Shown here: piece by piece, positions 19,901 to 42,750 of the stretch
Layout: the number at the start of each line of letters is the position of its first letter
How positions within the stretch are numbered: the stretch's first letter is position 1
Made by a program: the position numbers and the translations under genes
Notes under the pieces: generated by a model
Told to the model about the DNA's origin: nothing
The model's database searches: none
What the model saw: the letters and a program-made list of their open reading frames with translations, nothing else
Source of the DNA: Bugula neritina
Lineage: Eukaryota; Animalia; Bryozoa
Direction: 5' to 3'
DNA length: 64,000 bases
NCBI GenBank assembly: GCA_964035545.1
Contig: OZ037767.1
Location: 3,736,707 to 3,800,706 of the forward strand

Positions 19901-20372
19901 AATGACAAGTGCATCAGGTGTCTGCACTGGGTACCACCTTACACAGTGTAATATGTCACTTACTACATATGACACCATGTAGTCAATAGTATCAGGTGCC
20001 CTGTGCTAGGTATATATACTCTGCATGCGATGGTTATAATTTCATCAGTGCCATCAATTCACTCAGGTAAACATCTTTATTGTGCGTATAATACATTAGG
20101 TCTACTAAATTGATAATATTGAGCAATATTTACTGTACATAAAAAAAGAAAATTGTAGGTTTTGTACTTTTATATAGTATCTAGTGTTAGAAATTTATTT
20201 ATATCTTTTTATGATGATCATAAAACCTTCTCGGAGTAATTTTTCTAATCATATAGATTTGTATATAAATACATTTTTTCATATTTTATGATTTTTCTTG
20301 TTTTATTCCCAATAATATTTTCAATGCGTTTTTGTGCGGTCAATGATTTTCCAACACGCTGTCTGATGCAGG

Positions 20373-21512
20373 ATGGCGGAGTTGAGTGGTTGGCTGAGGA
20401 TTCTGGTGACCTCACTCATTTCGTTCTCTTGTGTTTACGCTGACGGCCTGCAGCAAATACAGTCCGGCATCCTTGATGTTGTGGAGCCAGTCATCTCGGA
20501 GGAAAATGGTCTGTTGTGTTTTGTGTTCATTGTTTTAGAAAGATTGGCATAGAATATGGCATCCATTATAATACTATGTTATTTTTTGTTGCCACGTTGT
20601 ATTATAAGACTGTGCTGTATTGTAATATAATGATATGTTATGTTATAATGCTGTGTTATATTAAAATATGGTGTTGTATTGTAACACTGTGTTGTATTAT
20701 ATGTAATGATACATTGTGTTGTAATCATTGCTTTATGTTCAAGTGCAACATTCAAGCTTCTTTAGCTTCAACTGTACAATAAAAGATGAATAAAGTTTTC
20801 AAACACAGCAGTCTATGCATGTCATGCAGAAGTAGGTTTAAGTTGAGAAACCTCCACAGTTTCTAATCCTAAATTTCTTTAATTTTAATTTTGTTTGAGA
20901 TCTGCAGGCAATGCTGTCAGCTGCATGCTGCCACCATATTATTTCGGCAGCAATTCAACGAGGACAGGCATCAGCTCAGCAATTTTAATTTTAATTAGTG
21001 ATAACTTAGTTTGCATCATACGGCAGCGCACACACAGTGGCTGCTCTCGGCAGCATGGCTGCTCTCTATCACGTCACGTTTGTTTCCAGTGCGACTGCAA
21101 GCTATCATGAAGATATACGGCCAGGCTGTGTCCTGGCAGCAGCAGATTATAATGGACAGGATTAGGATGGAGGGAGACTCGGGGATAATGCAAGTCAGAA
21201 ATGTTTTTGATCACACCAAGTCGTGGGGCACCAACACTTGGTCTCGTGAGTTATATCCTCGTGCTGTGTAGATTATATATATCTTGTTTGTCTAGACTGT
21301 GTTCTAACACTGTAGCGTAATTTAATATGTTGATACTGATGTGTATCTTCTAGTCCCTTAATTCTATAGCAGGTTATATGCAGTGCCCAGGTTATGCAAA
21401 CTTAGGAATATCTATACAACAAATTACTTGATGTGTTCTACTCAGCCTATTGAAGCATATGATTATTTTATGTAATTATATTTTATTGTATCTGTATTAT
21501 ATCTACATTACA

Positions 21513-21589
<77 letters not shown>

Positions 21590-24500
21590 TATGCCCAGAT
21601 GACATTTATATTATATTATATCTATATTGCATTTATGTTATACCTAGATGTATGCATGTAATACACCTAGATAACAATATCATATTTATGTAATATCTAT
21701 ATTATACCTACATCACATCTCCATCATATCTATATATTACTAGTCATATTTTGCAGGTGGTAATGGCCAAGCAGCTATTCACAACCATGCCAACAACATC
21801 AGAACAGTAGGTATGGGTGAGTTTAATGCCGTATTGAATGGCGTACCTTTCACCACTAGACATAATGACTACAGACTGAATAAGGCCCACAGCACAAGTA
21901 AGGAGTATGGTGCTACAGAGCCAGTAGAGTTTCCACCTGTTCCACCAAGTGTAAGTTCTACTGTATGTCACAGTGTAAGTTAATAGTGTAAGTTCTACTG
22001 TATGTCACAGTGTAAGTTAATAGTGTAAGTTCTATATTTCAGTGTAAATTAAGAAGGTTTTTCTATTGTATGTTAAAAGTGTAAAGATCTATAGTTTTTC
22101 GTACCTGGTTACCAGTTATATTCAAATCCAAAGCAAATGAAAAGCATAGTTTTTATGACACCTGCAGGCACGTTCTGGCATATTCTGGCAGGTATTAGCC
22201 CATGCTGGCAAGTGTTGACACATGCTGGCAAGTGTTGACACATGCTGGCAAGTGTTGACACATGCTGGCAGGTGTCGGCACATGCTGGCACATGATGGCA
22301 AGTGTCAGCGCGTGCTAGCAGGTGTTATAAGATGTTGAGATCTACTCAGCTCTATACCTGCAGCCTTGCATTCAAATTATATAATAATTGACTGGTTATT
22401 TTTATCATCTGCTACATAATCAGGTTTTTTGTGCAAAAACTTTATTCACAAATGAGTCCCTTTCATACCTTCTACCTGGCAACCTTCTTGGTAGTTCTTT
22501 CATCTGAGGGCTAAACATAATTCTCTATTGATATTTTACTCCAACTTGTTCATCAGAGTATAATATTGCAGTAATTATCTAGGCCTTTGGTCACATGATC
22601 TTCCAAAAAGTGTATATCACAAATAACAAACACCTTATGCAACAAACCTATTGAAATGCAATCAGCCATTGAGCTCTATACGCCTGGTTGTCTGCAACAC
22701 TTCTAGAATTTTCTAAAGATTACATCATAAAAATCTTTTGTAAGACTATCCCTGGAAATGTATGATGGATCGGCTTTCATCAGTTGCTATGAAGCTGTGC
22801 CTGATGTCTGTTAATTTATTGAGGTCTACAGCATGTTTGTGCAAAATTATGTCAATTCATGAGAATAGGCGAAACTTGTAGTGTTGCAGCTGAAACCAGG
22901 TCATGCATGCATTTGCACAAACATGTGAAATAATATAATGCAGCATACTAAGATTTAGTATTATAAAATTTCATGACATTAGAGTAGATGATGAGTGTAT
23001 ACACGGAAACTCTACTTACTGCAAGGTATATGTTAGACACATAACGTACAGTTCAAAGAAAATAATTTGTTAAATTTTATTTTAAACCAGCCATTATGAA
23101 ATATTGAATAATAGAACATCTAACAATTATATTATTCTATATATCATTTTACTTATTGAGCGTGTATGTCAAAAATAAAAACCCATATAATTATATATTG
23201 CCATAATCACATACACTAGTCATCATATTTCACATTTGTTGTTAAAGAAGCTGCTTTGTCTATTTCCTGGGCAGTGCGTTGACCCAGTTTCATGTTGACC
23301 CAGTTTTACGTTGATTGTACACTCCAGGTGTTGGAGAAGGGGACAGTGGAAGAGCAGATCGAGGAGATGAGGGAATACTTCAAGGCATTTGCTGAGCAAA
23401 ATAAACGTCACCGGGACTACAAGCCATACTTTAAGGTAAGTCTATTAAGTATGTGTAAGTGTAGTGATTGTTAATACATCAAGTGTAAGTACATTAATTG
23501 TTAGTATATATCAAGTGTAAGTACATTAATTGTTAGTACATAAAGTGTAGGTGTAGTAATTGTTAGTACATAAATTGTAAGTATGTTAATTGTTAGCGCA
23601 TCAAGTGTGTAAGTACAGTAATTGTTATGGCATTATCAGGAGGCTTTTTGAAATTACTGTGCTCAATACCCACTTCAAACATGCACAATAACTTTGTGCA
23701 GTGGTAATTTATTGCTTTACTGATTGCTATATTGCAGCCTGTATTATATTATGTTATATCGTATTACAATATACTACTTTGTTATGTAATTATAATTTAT
23801 AATTATATTGTATTATTATTACATGCTACATTACAGCGTGTTTTTATTAAACTATATTATATTATACTATACTATATTATATTGCATTAGATTATTGTAA
23901 TATGTTATTGTATTATATTATACTGTATCAGCAATATACATATTGATATCTTACAGCCTGTACTGGCTTACATGCAAGGGATGTGGACAGTAAACACTGA
24001 CACAGTTGAAGAACCTTTCTTCTCTGACAGACACTCCATTGAAGCTGACACATGGTTTCAACTTCAGGTATTTAGTTTTATCAATAATATACTTAATTTT
24101 ATTTATATTACATTCAGTTTTATTATTTATATTCTGCCTGATTTTATTTATGTTATATTCAGTTTTATTATTTATATTCTACTTAATTTTATTTATGCTA
24201 TATTTAGTTGTATTACTTATATTTTATTTTGTATTATTATTTATATTTTATTTTGTTTTATTAACATTATTACATTTAATTTTATTATTTATATCATATT
24301 TAGTATTATTATTTATATTATATTTATTTTTGATATTTATGTTCTATTTAGTATTTTTATCTATATTTTATTTCATTTACTTAATACTATTTTATTTACT
24401 TTTATTATTTATATAATATTTAGTTTTAATAATAATATATTCAGTTTCATTATTAATTTAATGTTTTAGCGGAATTTTCAAATTCACTCTAATGCTTCCG

Positions 24501-27500
24501 TAGCCAAAAATATATATGCAATATATATAATATACCTTTATAATATTTTCTATGTTAGGATCTACTGGCATCATCCTATATAATGGAGTATCATAGTATA
24601 GCTAATATTATATTTAGGAAGATGTGATGGCCTCGCTTTGGGGAGGTAAGAAAGACGTGAATGAGAACTTGGCTACGTTACCAACTGTCATCATAGGAGT
24701 GAATGAAGATGGGTCGCCAAGAATGGCCCAGTGGAACTACAGGATTCTGACTCACCCGATTTCATTTGATATTCCTCTAAACAGGTTTGTTTTATTAACT
24801 TTCTGCACTACTCTCTAGTCTCTACACTACTTTCTGCACTACTTTCTGCACTAGCCACTACTTTCTGCACTACTTTCTGCACTAGCCACTACTTTATGCA
24901 CTCTTTTCTCCTCTGCTGTATGGACATGTGTGAAAATGTTTATTGTGCTTGCAAGGTCTAGCAGTCATGTGATCATGATAGTAGTTGGTGTGCAGTGAAA
25001 GGTTTTAGGTGATGGAATGCTTTCATTAAGATATTGATCTGATACTGGTTTATTAGATTGAATAATATATCATATAAAATGCAGCAGTTATATAGTTACA
25101 ATAAGTGGCAGGAGCTTGTAACGTTTAAGCTATCATAATAGGACAACTTTTTGTTTCAAATTTCGCTGTGAAGTGCTCAATGTGCATTTTACTGCAGGTT
25201 CCGCCCTATTGATGATCTATCAGTTATGGTTCGAAACTTCAAGAACCTGGAAGATCTTGCTAAAACGAGATCGTGCCGATTCCAGCTAAACCCGTTGCCC
25301 AAAGACGAGCCGTACGACGGGGTGTGGAGAGAGGAGCAGTCCACAGGCTATGTGAATTACCTGGAGCAGTTGATGAAGGAAGTGCCAGGTTGTGATTTCT
25401 AATTGGTCAATAGGTGTTTACCTTGACATTTAAACATGTGTTACTGTTTCTTCTGTACTCACAAAAGAGTAAATATAATAACATGGGTCATAAATAACCC
25501 TAGTACCTGCGGAGTACTATTTGGTATATCAAATTGTTATTGAATATCTCATCTACACAAATAGGAGCAATTACTGAAAACTGTCTATATTGATTATATA
25601 GTTGTGGGTTCAAATTATATGTTTAAGTTCAGCTGCGATGATTTGTTATTTATTATCAGATAAATATATTGTATCCTGCCATAGTGTATGCTTGGCAAAA
25701 GTATAGTATTACTTATAAATTTCTTGACTTTTAATTCAAAGAGATCTTCAAAGCATGGATAAATTTAGGATGTATAAAATAAGCCAGTTCTTATCAAATT
25801 GAGTTTAGCTTTTCAAGTGAGAATTGTCCTCCCCTGGTGTAGATGATTTATATTTTTTTCTCCAAGCTGCAAGCACAATTTTTGTCTTCATTAAATTGAT
25901 GTGAGCTTCCTGTATTATTTTTATGTTTTGCTGCCCCCATTTTCTCAAATTGAATAATCTTTGGGTATTTTCACTTGAAAATATAATTTTGTTCATTTCC
26001 TTTGCCATTAAAATGTTATCTTGTGTTGTAGGATTGGACAACTATCCTGCTAACATCAAAGATGACTTCTTTGGTGCCGCGCCACTTCAAGAGCCTGACG
26101 ATAGCTCTGACGAGCTGAATACTGGGTACTACCACAGGTGTGTTAGTAGGACATATACATACTTGTTATCTTTATATTAAGGGGCATCATTAATACACTT
26201 GCAGAAACTTAAGAATATGTCAGAAAAACGTCATAGAAAACATGTGTGAACATGTAATGGTGCCATGAGTTGAAAGATGATAAGGTATGATAAACAGCAT
26301 GATGGGACTGCAGAGTTTTAACACAATCAGTATAGTTGGGTTGACTGTATAATAGTAAATTCTGGCTGCAACTGCAATCCACTAAATTAATTATAGTCCT
26401 TCATTTTGATCTGTGGATATACTGCCTGATAAATGACGCTGTTTTCTAGTTCAACATATTACACAGTTGATTGTCACTACTCCTATTATTCTTCTATCCA
26501 GGTACTACAGTCTGAGTAAGAGAGACGCTTCGGGCTTTTCTAAATCTGCGAGAGGATTCGCCGATGCCAACCTCTTCGTTGCTCAGAACAATCAATCTAA
26601 AGTGGCTCCTATTCGGGTGGGTGTGCAGGATGCCCCGTGTTCGTTTTTGTGTCTTCTTACTTTTCTGAAGCAATTAATTCACAGTTTATGCCTAAACATG
26701 CTTATGAAATTGAACTCATTCATATGAGCTGTAGTTATTCTTACTTAGTGATTCCGATGTAGTGCAGCGGATACAAAAGTCTTTGAGAGTTATTCTCTTT
26801 TGTGCCCTAAAACCTTTTGTCAAAGAGTATTATTATTATGAATGTTTAGCTTGAGGTTGTCATTCACTTTCCTGTGAAGTGGTAGATTTAGAGACAGGCT
26901 GAACCCTTTTTTACAACTTGAATCATTTTAAGTTCACTGAAGCACGATCAAGCCCTTGTTATTGTTAGAGATGAGATAACTCTTAAGTTTTGCTTCACAC
27001 TTTGTTTAGCTCAGACAGTGCTATAGAAGAAACTGTGAGTATGACGAAATGCGAGTGTCTTACGCCGTCCCCCTGGAGATCCTGTACCTCACACCTCTAC
27101 ACTCCTGGAATCCTTATGACATTGCCTTCAACGCAGCTGACGCGGACTTCCCGGCTAAAGGATCAGACGGGAGGCTCACCAGAGACGGACAAAATGATCC
27201 AAACAAAGCATATAATGGTAGCATAATTTCTAGAGAAATACAGCTTGGTTTTTTTAGTTCTTTTTACCAGGTCAGCTGATGTTATTGCATCACTTAGCTT
27301 CTTGGCAGCTGTTCTATAAAATAGAAAAAGTCATATTTTTACACTTTTTACAGATATATATTTACGACTTGTTTTTTTTTAAGAATTTTGGTAATGATAA
27401 AATAGACAAATTAGCTGCAGCTCCAATCTTTATCTTGATTCACTCTTTGCTTGTCTCTACTCTGAAGGTGCGTCTGAGAAGTACTACTACCTCACTCCGG

Positions 27501-29728
27501 CCGAGTTGTTTGAGAGTGGTGAGCTGGAGAGAGACTCGGCTGACACCACCAAGGATTCAGTTTACGTTCTCGACAGCGACGGTGTCAGTAGGAGAACTGT
27601 GGCTTCTGGGATGAGGATATTTCTCCCGGAAATCCCTGGAGTTGGCAACGTTCGAACTCGGTGAGTGAGTGCTTAACTCATCTGTGTTTATAATAGAGTA
27701 GTTCAACTTGTCTATGGTTAGTGCTTATAATAATGTTTTTAAAAAGAACAAACTCGTACTTGATTTTCGTTTTATTTATACATGCAGTGTGGGTCTTGAA
27801 CTCTAAGAGGTTGTATAAAAAAATGTCAATAGTATCACAGGCTTCTCTTTGCTATGCTCAGTAATGTTAATTCTGCTATAGCATATACTGGTTAATAATG
27901 TATATCATGCTATAGCATGTACTGGTTAATAATGTATATCATGCTATAGCATATGCTTTTTTATAATGTATATCATGCTATAGCATATACTGGTTAGCAA
28001 TCAATGTGAATCGTGTCACTACATTTACAGGTAACAAAACGTGTATGCATCTAAGCTACTTTAAAGTACTAATAGTTATTAATCTCAGAGTTGAGTTATA
28101 GGATACTGCAAGTATATTCACTTTCATTAAACTAGAATATAAAAACTGTTTTTATAAGCAGTGTATCTTTTGGAATAGCTTAGATTCTAAAATACAAGAT
28201 TACTGGTCACCTTTGTTATTTTCTAAAATAGTCCCCTACACAGTCCCTAGGTTTATAAATATTATAGTAATAAATCACCTCTTATACCAACAGTCCAATA
28301 GGAGCCAGCAACACGTGTATTGAGTTCCATGTGTTCCAGGTACCCCATATTTCCTGTACACCAAGAAGGCTCCGCCTACTATAAGGAGTTTTCTGCCCTC
28401 AAAGACCTAGTTCGTGTGGGAGCTAAATACGCGCACTTGTACGACCAGCCTCTCGGGGGTCTTAGTACTGACACCCCAGCAGGAAGTGAGGTATAATGCT
28501 ATAGAACTCGTTTTCTTGGTGATTTGATTGGTCCTTATTTGTGGAAACAGGTCAGACATGTGTGGCCTTGATTTTAGATAATATCATATTGGAACATCTA
28601 AATTCAGGCTGATTGAAAATGTGTATCCCTCTACGGTTGGTGTTTCACCCACATCAAGCACCAGTACACACTGTATATGTTACCAGGTGTTCACATTCGC
28701 AATGAGACAAGCAGTTGGTAAAGGTCCTCACGTACACACGTTCAAGCTCACAGGAAACCAGATCTTAGCTCTAAGGAAGGGGGCTGCATACCCCGGCTAT
28801 ACCATCCAGCTGGAGTCTAGTACTGCTGCCTCTCACTCCCACACTCTAGTTGTCTGGATGAAACCTCGTATGTCATTTCCTGTTCTCATTTATTCCTTCT
28901 GTTTCGTGTTTAACCTTTGAACTTGTAGTTTGTTTAATTATTTGAGATCAGTCATGAACATATGAAATGCTCTTGACTGTTGATACACTACTATTCATTG
29001 TGGGAACTTACACCATGCACACAGGGCTTCAATGTATTTGGCTAGTAATACTAACATTCAGGTTGTAGATAGAATGTTGGTGTATTTGAAGTGTTTTTAA
29101 CATAATATTGTTATTGCCTAACATGGTTTTGCATCACTTACCTTTCTCCATAAAATTTTGTTGTGAAGAACAACTTTGTCTAAAAGAATCGCCTTAGTGT
29201 CTTTGTTGAAAATGAGCATTGTTGGTGGTGGTGCCCTTAGCACATCTGCTATTAGGTTTCGTTAGACCTTAAGAATTCTGTAGCATTTTGGTGATTCAGC
29301 ATTTTAACAATTGCACCATACATGTGTAGCTTTAGACTTTAGTTAATGTGTAAATTTAGTGTCAAGTTTTGCATTATAAAAATTAATATAGGAAAAAAAT
29401 CGTTTAAAGTTTTAATCGATCTCAAGTTGGAATAAATATATAAATATGGAAAATAATGTAACAAATGCTACACATGGTACAGCATGCTTTAAAACCCAAT
29501 AAAGGATTCAAAATATAAGCCTAGAATTTTCAGTTATCCATATCTTTTTTTTACTATTGTGCCACTGTTTGAGAATATACAGTATACAACTACTAACCTT
29601 TGCTTGTGGTTGTAGATAGCTCTGGTGTGTACATAAGAACCTGTGATGGCAGAACCAACACCTGTAGAGATGGTCACCCCTTCAGCACTGACTGCCTGGA
29701 CTGCCCATCTGGGCTGCTCGACCCGTAA
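20373..29728 (+). CDS. Secreted ~709 aa protein of unknown function with His-pair motifs. Exons 20373-20508, 21090-21245, 21757-21950, 23328-23435, 23957-24067, 24618-24784, 25198-25388, 26032-26137, 26502-26616, 27010-27217, 27468-27660, 28340-28490, 28687-28867, 29616-29728
   Basis: Signal-peptide-like N-terminus [23 protein letters not shown]|DG. Phase-consistent GT-AG exons sum to 2130 nt. Blocks [47 protein letters not shown]...[39 protein letters not shown] and [12 protein letters not shown] resemble, from memory, an uncharacterised invertebrate family. Confidence 0.88.
21515..21590. repeat. (TA)n microsatellite
   Basis: Long tatata run. Confidence 0.95.
21948..22050 (+). repeat. Tandem copies of the donor junction agt|gtaagtt
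   Basis: 37-bp unit gtaagttctactgtatgtcacagtgtaagttaatagt x2.5, beginning exactly at the donor. Confidence 0.85.
22153..22330. repeat. 20-bp minisatellite flanked by a 20-bp imperfect inverted repeat
   Basis: catgctggcaagtgttgaca x~6; ttatgacacctgcaggcacg vs the reverse complement of cgtgctagcaggtgttataa. Confidence 0.8.
23436..23628 (+). repeat. ~30-bp donor-anchored minisatellite containing GTAAGT
   Basis: aagtgtaagtacattaattgttagtacat-like units starting at donor 23436. Confidence 0.8.
24068..24468 (+). repeat. AT-rich degenerate tandem repeat starting at a donor
   Basis: [27 protein letters not shown] units; they generate spurious I/F/Y-rich ORFs. Confidence 0.8.
27873..27997. repeat. 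~34-bp intronic minisatellite
   Basis: tgctatagcatatactggttaataatgtatatca x~3.7. Confidence 0.85.
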
Positions 29729-30837
29729 CAATCGGCGTCATTCTTATGTCATGCATTTTTATTCCTTTTCTGCTTTATTTAATATTTTTTTTCTATTTTT
29801 TGATGTGTCTTTACATTCAAGTTTTTTTTCCTCAGCACTATCACATCTGTACACTGAATTTACAGTAGTGTGACATTTCAAATTACCTACAGACCCCAAA
29901 ACTCATTAAGTGCCAAAGACCCCAGTTTGAAATGTTACTCGCTGTATTTTCTAGTGAATTGTAATAACGATTGCTTAGACAGTCTGCTATAGTTGTAACA
30001 ACACCTTTTTATGTGATTTTGCTGTGTAATGAAATTTGAATGGTTATATTTAATTACTTTTGCTTCTTTCTAATAAATTACTTTGATATGCTTTGCAAAT
30101 GAGTGTTTGCTTTCCAAACGACTACCCTGGCCATATTGAGTCACTAAAAATTCACTGAAATCTCTTATTTCAAAGGAAAAGCTGAGAGTTTGTTTTAAAT
30201 CAGCATTGGAAAATAATTGAACCTATTTTTAATTCAAGTTGAGCCTCATGAAGGGGCGACTCCAAATTCACTTTATAATTTAGCTCAATATCACTGTTAA
30301 TCTGATTTGCCAGTAATGTTACAACGGCACAAATGAAACATAGATAACAACTATGGTACACATATCAAGTTATAATGCTCTTACTTAATGCTCATCAATG
30401 TCATTCTGCGATTAAGCTCTTTAACTATGGCTATAAATTAAAAAATCAATATATTATCCATAATGCTATGTACACCTGGTGCACGCAGTAATATAAATAC
30501 AACATTATTTTCACATCTTATAATAATAATTATTATATACATTAACTTCGTGTAATAGTAATAACAGAATATAAAGTACTGTGCATGCATTTATTAGTAC
30601 TATGACCAATTAAAAATATACATGTAAGTTGTAACTACTATCTCTTACAATTAACAGTTATTGTGTAGGACGTAGGTAATCATACGCAGACGTTATGTTT
30701 GTTATAAAGGAGTTGCTTTCTCTCTTCAATGTTGGACTCGGGATTATAGCAGAGTAAATTGCCAAAGAACTTTGATCTATGAAATGATATGGCCTTTCGA
30801 TAGAACTAACGTCGCACCGCACAGTAGCCACCAAACC

Positions 30838-30845
30838 CCGCGAAA
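30838..30845 (-). promoter_or_regulatory. Candidate E2F site (TTTCGCGG) ~140 bp upstream of the MCM5 ATG
   Basis: ccgcgaaa sits in a CpG-containing patch in otherwise AT-rich DNA; MCM genes are established E2F targets. Confidence 0.55.
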
Positions 30846-30984
30846 GTTTACACCATAAGTAATTTACTTTGTTATTGTATCACGCTAAAATATTTAGTGA
30901 GATTTTATATGCAACTGAGTCTCTCAACTCATATTTTCTGTCAGTTTAATTTTTTTTAACAAAAACTAGTTTGCCCAAGATACG

Positions 30985-39109
<8,125 letters not shown>

Positions 39110-40031
39110 CTCTAAGATCTAAGGCTAATCGGACCGAGATCTTGACTCTATGAGCCGGGCCATTGTGCTGTAGTATGTTGTTCATATTGTAGTAATGAAC
39201 TCATCTTTAAAGATTGTTTCTTATTATTTGAATATTGTTTTCCAGAAGTTTTATGTAACTTCTGTCTGGTATAAATGCATTAAGAATCATTTTAATACCA
39301 ATTCTTTTCCACATGTCATTTTTTCATATCTTTTTTATAGCTCTTATTGAATAAATGAATATATTTATAGATTAACTGGTTTTTCATTTGGTGTCCTGTA
39401 ATTTTGATTCCAGAATTAAAGTTAGTCTTATGATGAGACTAACTGGTGACTGTGCTACTCTCTTATGACAAGTAATCGACTTCAGTTTACTTGTTATTAA
39501 AATAATAAAACAGGGAATCTGAAATAACTAGAATGTAAATCCACTTCTTTTCATGCCAAAAGTATGTACAACAGTTGAAAGTTTGAAAAAGCCAATTTAG
39601 ATCATGTGACAGAATAAAACTGCCAACTTAATGTAGTAATTTAAATATTTTAAAAGTTAGCTGGTAAATTCTCACCCCATAGTAAAGTCATTATAATCTA
39701 TCAGCTACTTTCAGTATAGAAAACTAGTAATACAGTTTATTGACTATGGTGGTGTTTAAAATTCAAGACCATAATACATCAACTGAAGATTCCGCAAAGT
39801 ATATGATATATAATATTTTACAAAAACAAACAAAACACACACTATTTCTAAAGTCCTCTCTTCAAACAAAACAGCTAAGCTATGGACAAATGAGATTTGC
39901 TGTTTGTATGGCTAGAATATATAGAGTTGAAAATGAGATAAATTGTAAAAAATATTATTGAAATAATACAGTCGCTTCTATCCTTCACGGCTATGACAAT
40001 AATAGTCCATTATATGTTGGTTTTGTAGAAT

Positions 40032-41112
40032 TTATATATCTGTGATACCCATGACTTCCTTGACTAGTGCTCTTTCTAGTATAACTTTTCCTTCTTTATA
40101 CCTGTTGAAATGAAGAAATAGCTGTGATTGCAACATGCTTACTAACTAACTAGTCTACTGACAAAATCAACTTTATAACTTGGGCATAATGGCTGAAACT
40201 TAACACGGATTCTAATTGTAAATCCACACGAACTATTACTTATAAATTATCTTAGCTTAGTAATAAAAAGACTAGAGCTACATGAACTTTTGGCAATCAT
40301 TGCAAATGCCTATTTCTGACAGACAAAGCAAGTATTTTACATTGTTTCACCATTTGCAACTTTTTAATGAAACAAGTGTAGTTTTGAAATAAACTAAAAC
40401 TCTAATTAAATTTGATCTTCCAAGATGCGAATTGTATTGATGTATATATTTTAGGTTTACGGATTGTAAATCTGCCCAATTCAAGCCTAAAGTATTAGTT
40501 AGTTGACTGACTCAGTTCACCGATTCAGTATGATTCAATCCTACTGTGAGTTTTAGTCTGCCCAGTGCTACTAAACTTTCAATCCTATCAACTCATTAGC
40601 TGATCAATAATTTAAATATCCAGTAAGAACTACACACTACACAGTTAATCACATAAAAGCCGATTTACTGACCTTTGATTTTCTTCTACTGCAAACTCGT
40701 ATATCCAGCCAAGTTTACATTGACAAGATTTGCAGAATGCATCTCGGACATAATGGCGTCCCGTTATCATTATTCGATCATGAACCTCACTAAAGGTCAA
40801 GTTCACAACCTGCAACAAAATATCGCACCAAGTGATTGCTCAACTTGGCTGTTTAACTTTTTTCAATTTTATATCAAAACTTTTTTCAAGTCTGCCATTA
40901 TCTATAAGAAAGACTTGTACATTTGAATAATATTTTATTACACAGGTATTCGAATTGAAATGCATACTTACCTTGCTAAACAAATAAGCCCTTCCAGTGC
41001 CACCAGTAAACCTAGTAGAAATCAATTGAGTGCGATTAGTGAGAGCTGTTGAGCATGAGTTACAACAAAACACACGGTCCCCACCCATGTGTTCTAGGAA
41101 AAGTCGACCCAT
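40032..41112 (-). CDS. YPEL5: Protein yippee-like 5 / yippee. Exons 41112-40972, 40809-40673, 40101-40032
   Basis: [20 protein letters not shown]...[18 protein letters not shown]|[46 protein letters not shown]|[22 protein letters not shown]; two CxxC zinc motifs. Confidence 0.95.
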
Positions 41113-42589
41113 CCTAACCTAGACAAAAAAAAAAATGCTTTCAAAGTTCAAGGTATCTGTTCTATCACTAACCAAACTGGTGTTATATAAACAGCCATTT
41201 AGGTGGATCTCTATAAGCATAAACAACTTTTTATAACTTGACATAACTAATCTGTGAAAAGTAATAGGCATAATTGTAACAATACTCCTAGTTGAGACCT
41301 CGACTGAAGGATCTCGGTATCAAATATTTTTATATAAACAGTAATAATTTTACTACATAAAATCAACATAAATGATCTTTTCATTGCATGTTGTTAATTA
41401 TACAATTACATTTAATTCTTATATGCCAGGTGTCACTATCACTATGAGATTCTGATTCGTTGGTCGTGCTGATGCTCACAGTCGGTGATCCGATCAGTAT
41501 CATTGATCGTCTGATGATTGCCCAGCTGTTACGTTAAATCTGTACAATTCTTTGGCTGCTGGCAAAAAGAAACGTGCGGTTCTGATTACTGAAAAATAAT
41601 TTAACTGGTAATAATACAAAAATCATAAAGGAGTGGTAATTTTTGCGAATTCTAGGTCGAAGAACTCTAACTCTGCAGCGTTCCGATTACATTGCCCAGG
41701 CGTTCAATTGTGACTTTTTGGAATCAGCTGTGTACAATAACAATGCAGAAAGGCGACAAACATGTTTCGTTATTATCAGATTTATACCGATACCGTAAAA
41801 GCTTTATTAGCAAATAGCTCTTTACTATACTGGGAATTTACTACAACACGTGATAGTCATGTGATTAAGAGTACTCTAATAAGACGATATTGTTTGAGGA
41901 AGCAACTCATATGCAACGAAGCTTATTCACGAGATAACAACTCTAGTAAAATTAGGACATGTATTTTATAACAGTTTGTTATGCAATCACATGCAACCGT
42001 GCAGTGTATTATGAACGTTTCGAGATTTATTTTGCAATGATTCAAAAATTATTAAATCATTAAAAAATTCTCCATAAAATAATGACATTTAGTAGTAAAA
42101 TGTATCAGATATATGCATGATGGTCAATTTAAATAAAGATATATAAGTGTATATTATATTGTATTATTTTCAGTTAAATTCTAGCAACAATTAGATATAT
42201 GAGCCATGTAAATGAATTTTGTTTCACATTGATTTTTTTTATAAATTATTGAATATATGATGATAAAATTGATAGCTGCATCCTGCAATATGAAATACAG
42301 TAAATTAAGTTGTATCTAAAGTTATTTCAATGATAAATAAATAAACACATATACCTACCTAAAATTTATAAATAAATAATATAGTTAAAGCAAGTGTGGT
42401 TATAGAGACAAGCTCATTAAAACTACTACAATTTTTACATTGCTTATGTAATAGGTCTATAAAATTTAGCAATTTTACTGGCTGCGAACAGCTATGCAGA
42501 ACGAGAGCTAACAAATTTTAGATGATTTTAATGCACACTTGCTACACTACTGCAAAGATACATAATGTAGTGCTTCAACACATTTTTAT

Positions 42590-42669
42590 ATATTATATAG
42601 TATATATATAATATATATTATACAATAATATATTATATAGCATATAATATACAATATATATTATATATA

Positions 42670-42704
<35 letters not shown>

Positions 42705-42750
42705 ATATAAAAACCATATAAACCATATAAACCATATATAAACCATATAA
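42590..42750. repeat. TA-rich low-complexity tract with (TA)n and (taaaccata)n
   Basis: Directly visible. Confidence 0.85.

Noticed and set aside
23972-24469. 165-aa and 136-aa I/F/Y/L-rich ORFs that look like membrane proteins
   Set aside because: Read-through from a real exon into an AT-rich intronic repeat; the donor at 24068 is in phase with the next exon.
41428-41770. CpG-richer, TE-looking blocks (also ~17940-18210, ~37040-37190, ~60890-61390)
   Set aside because: No TIR, TSD, coding remnant or second copy could be demonstrated within the window.
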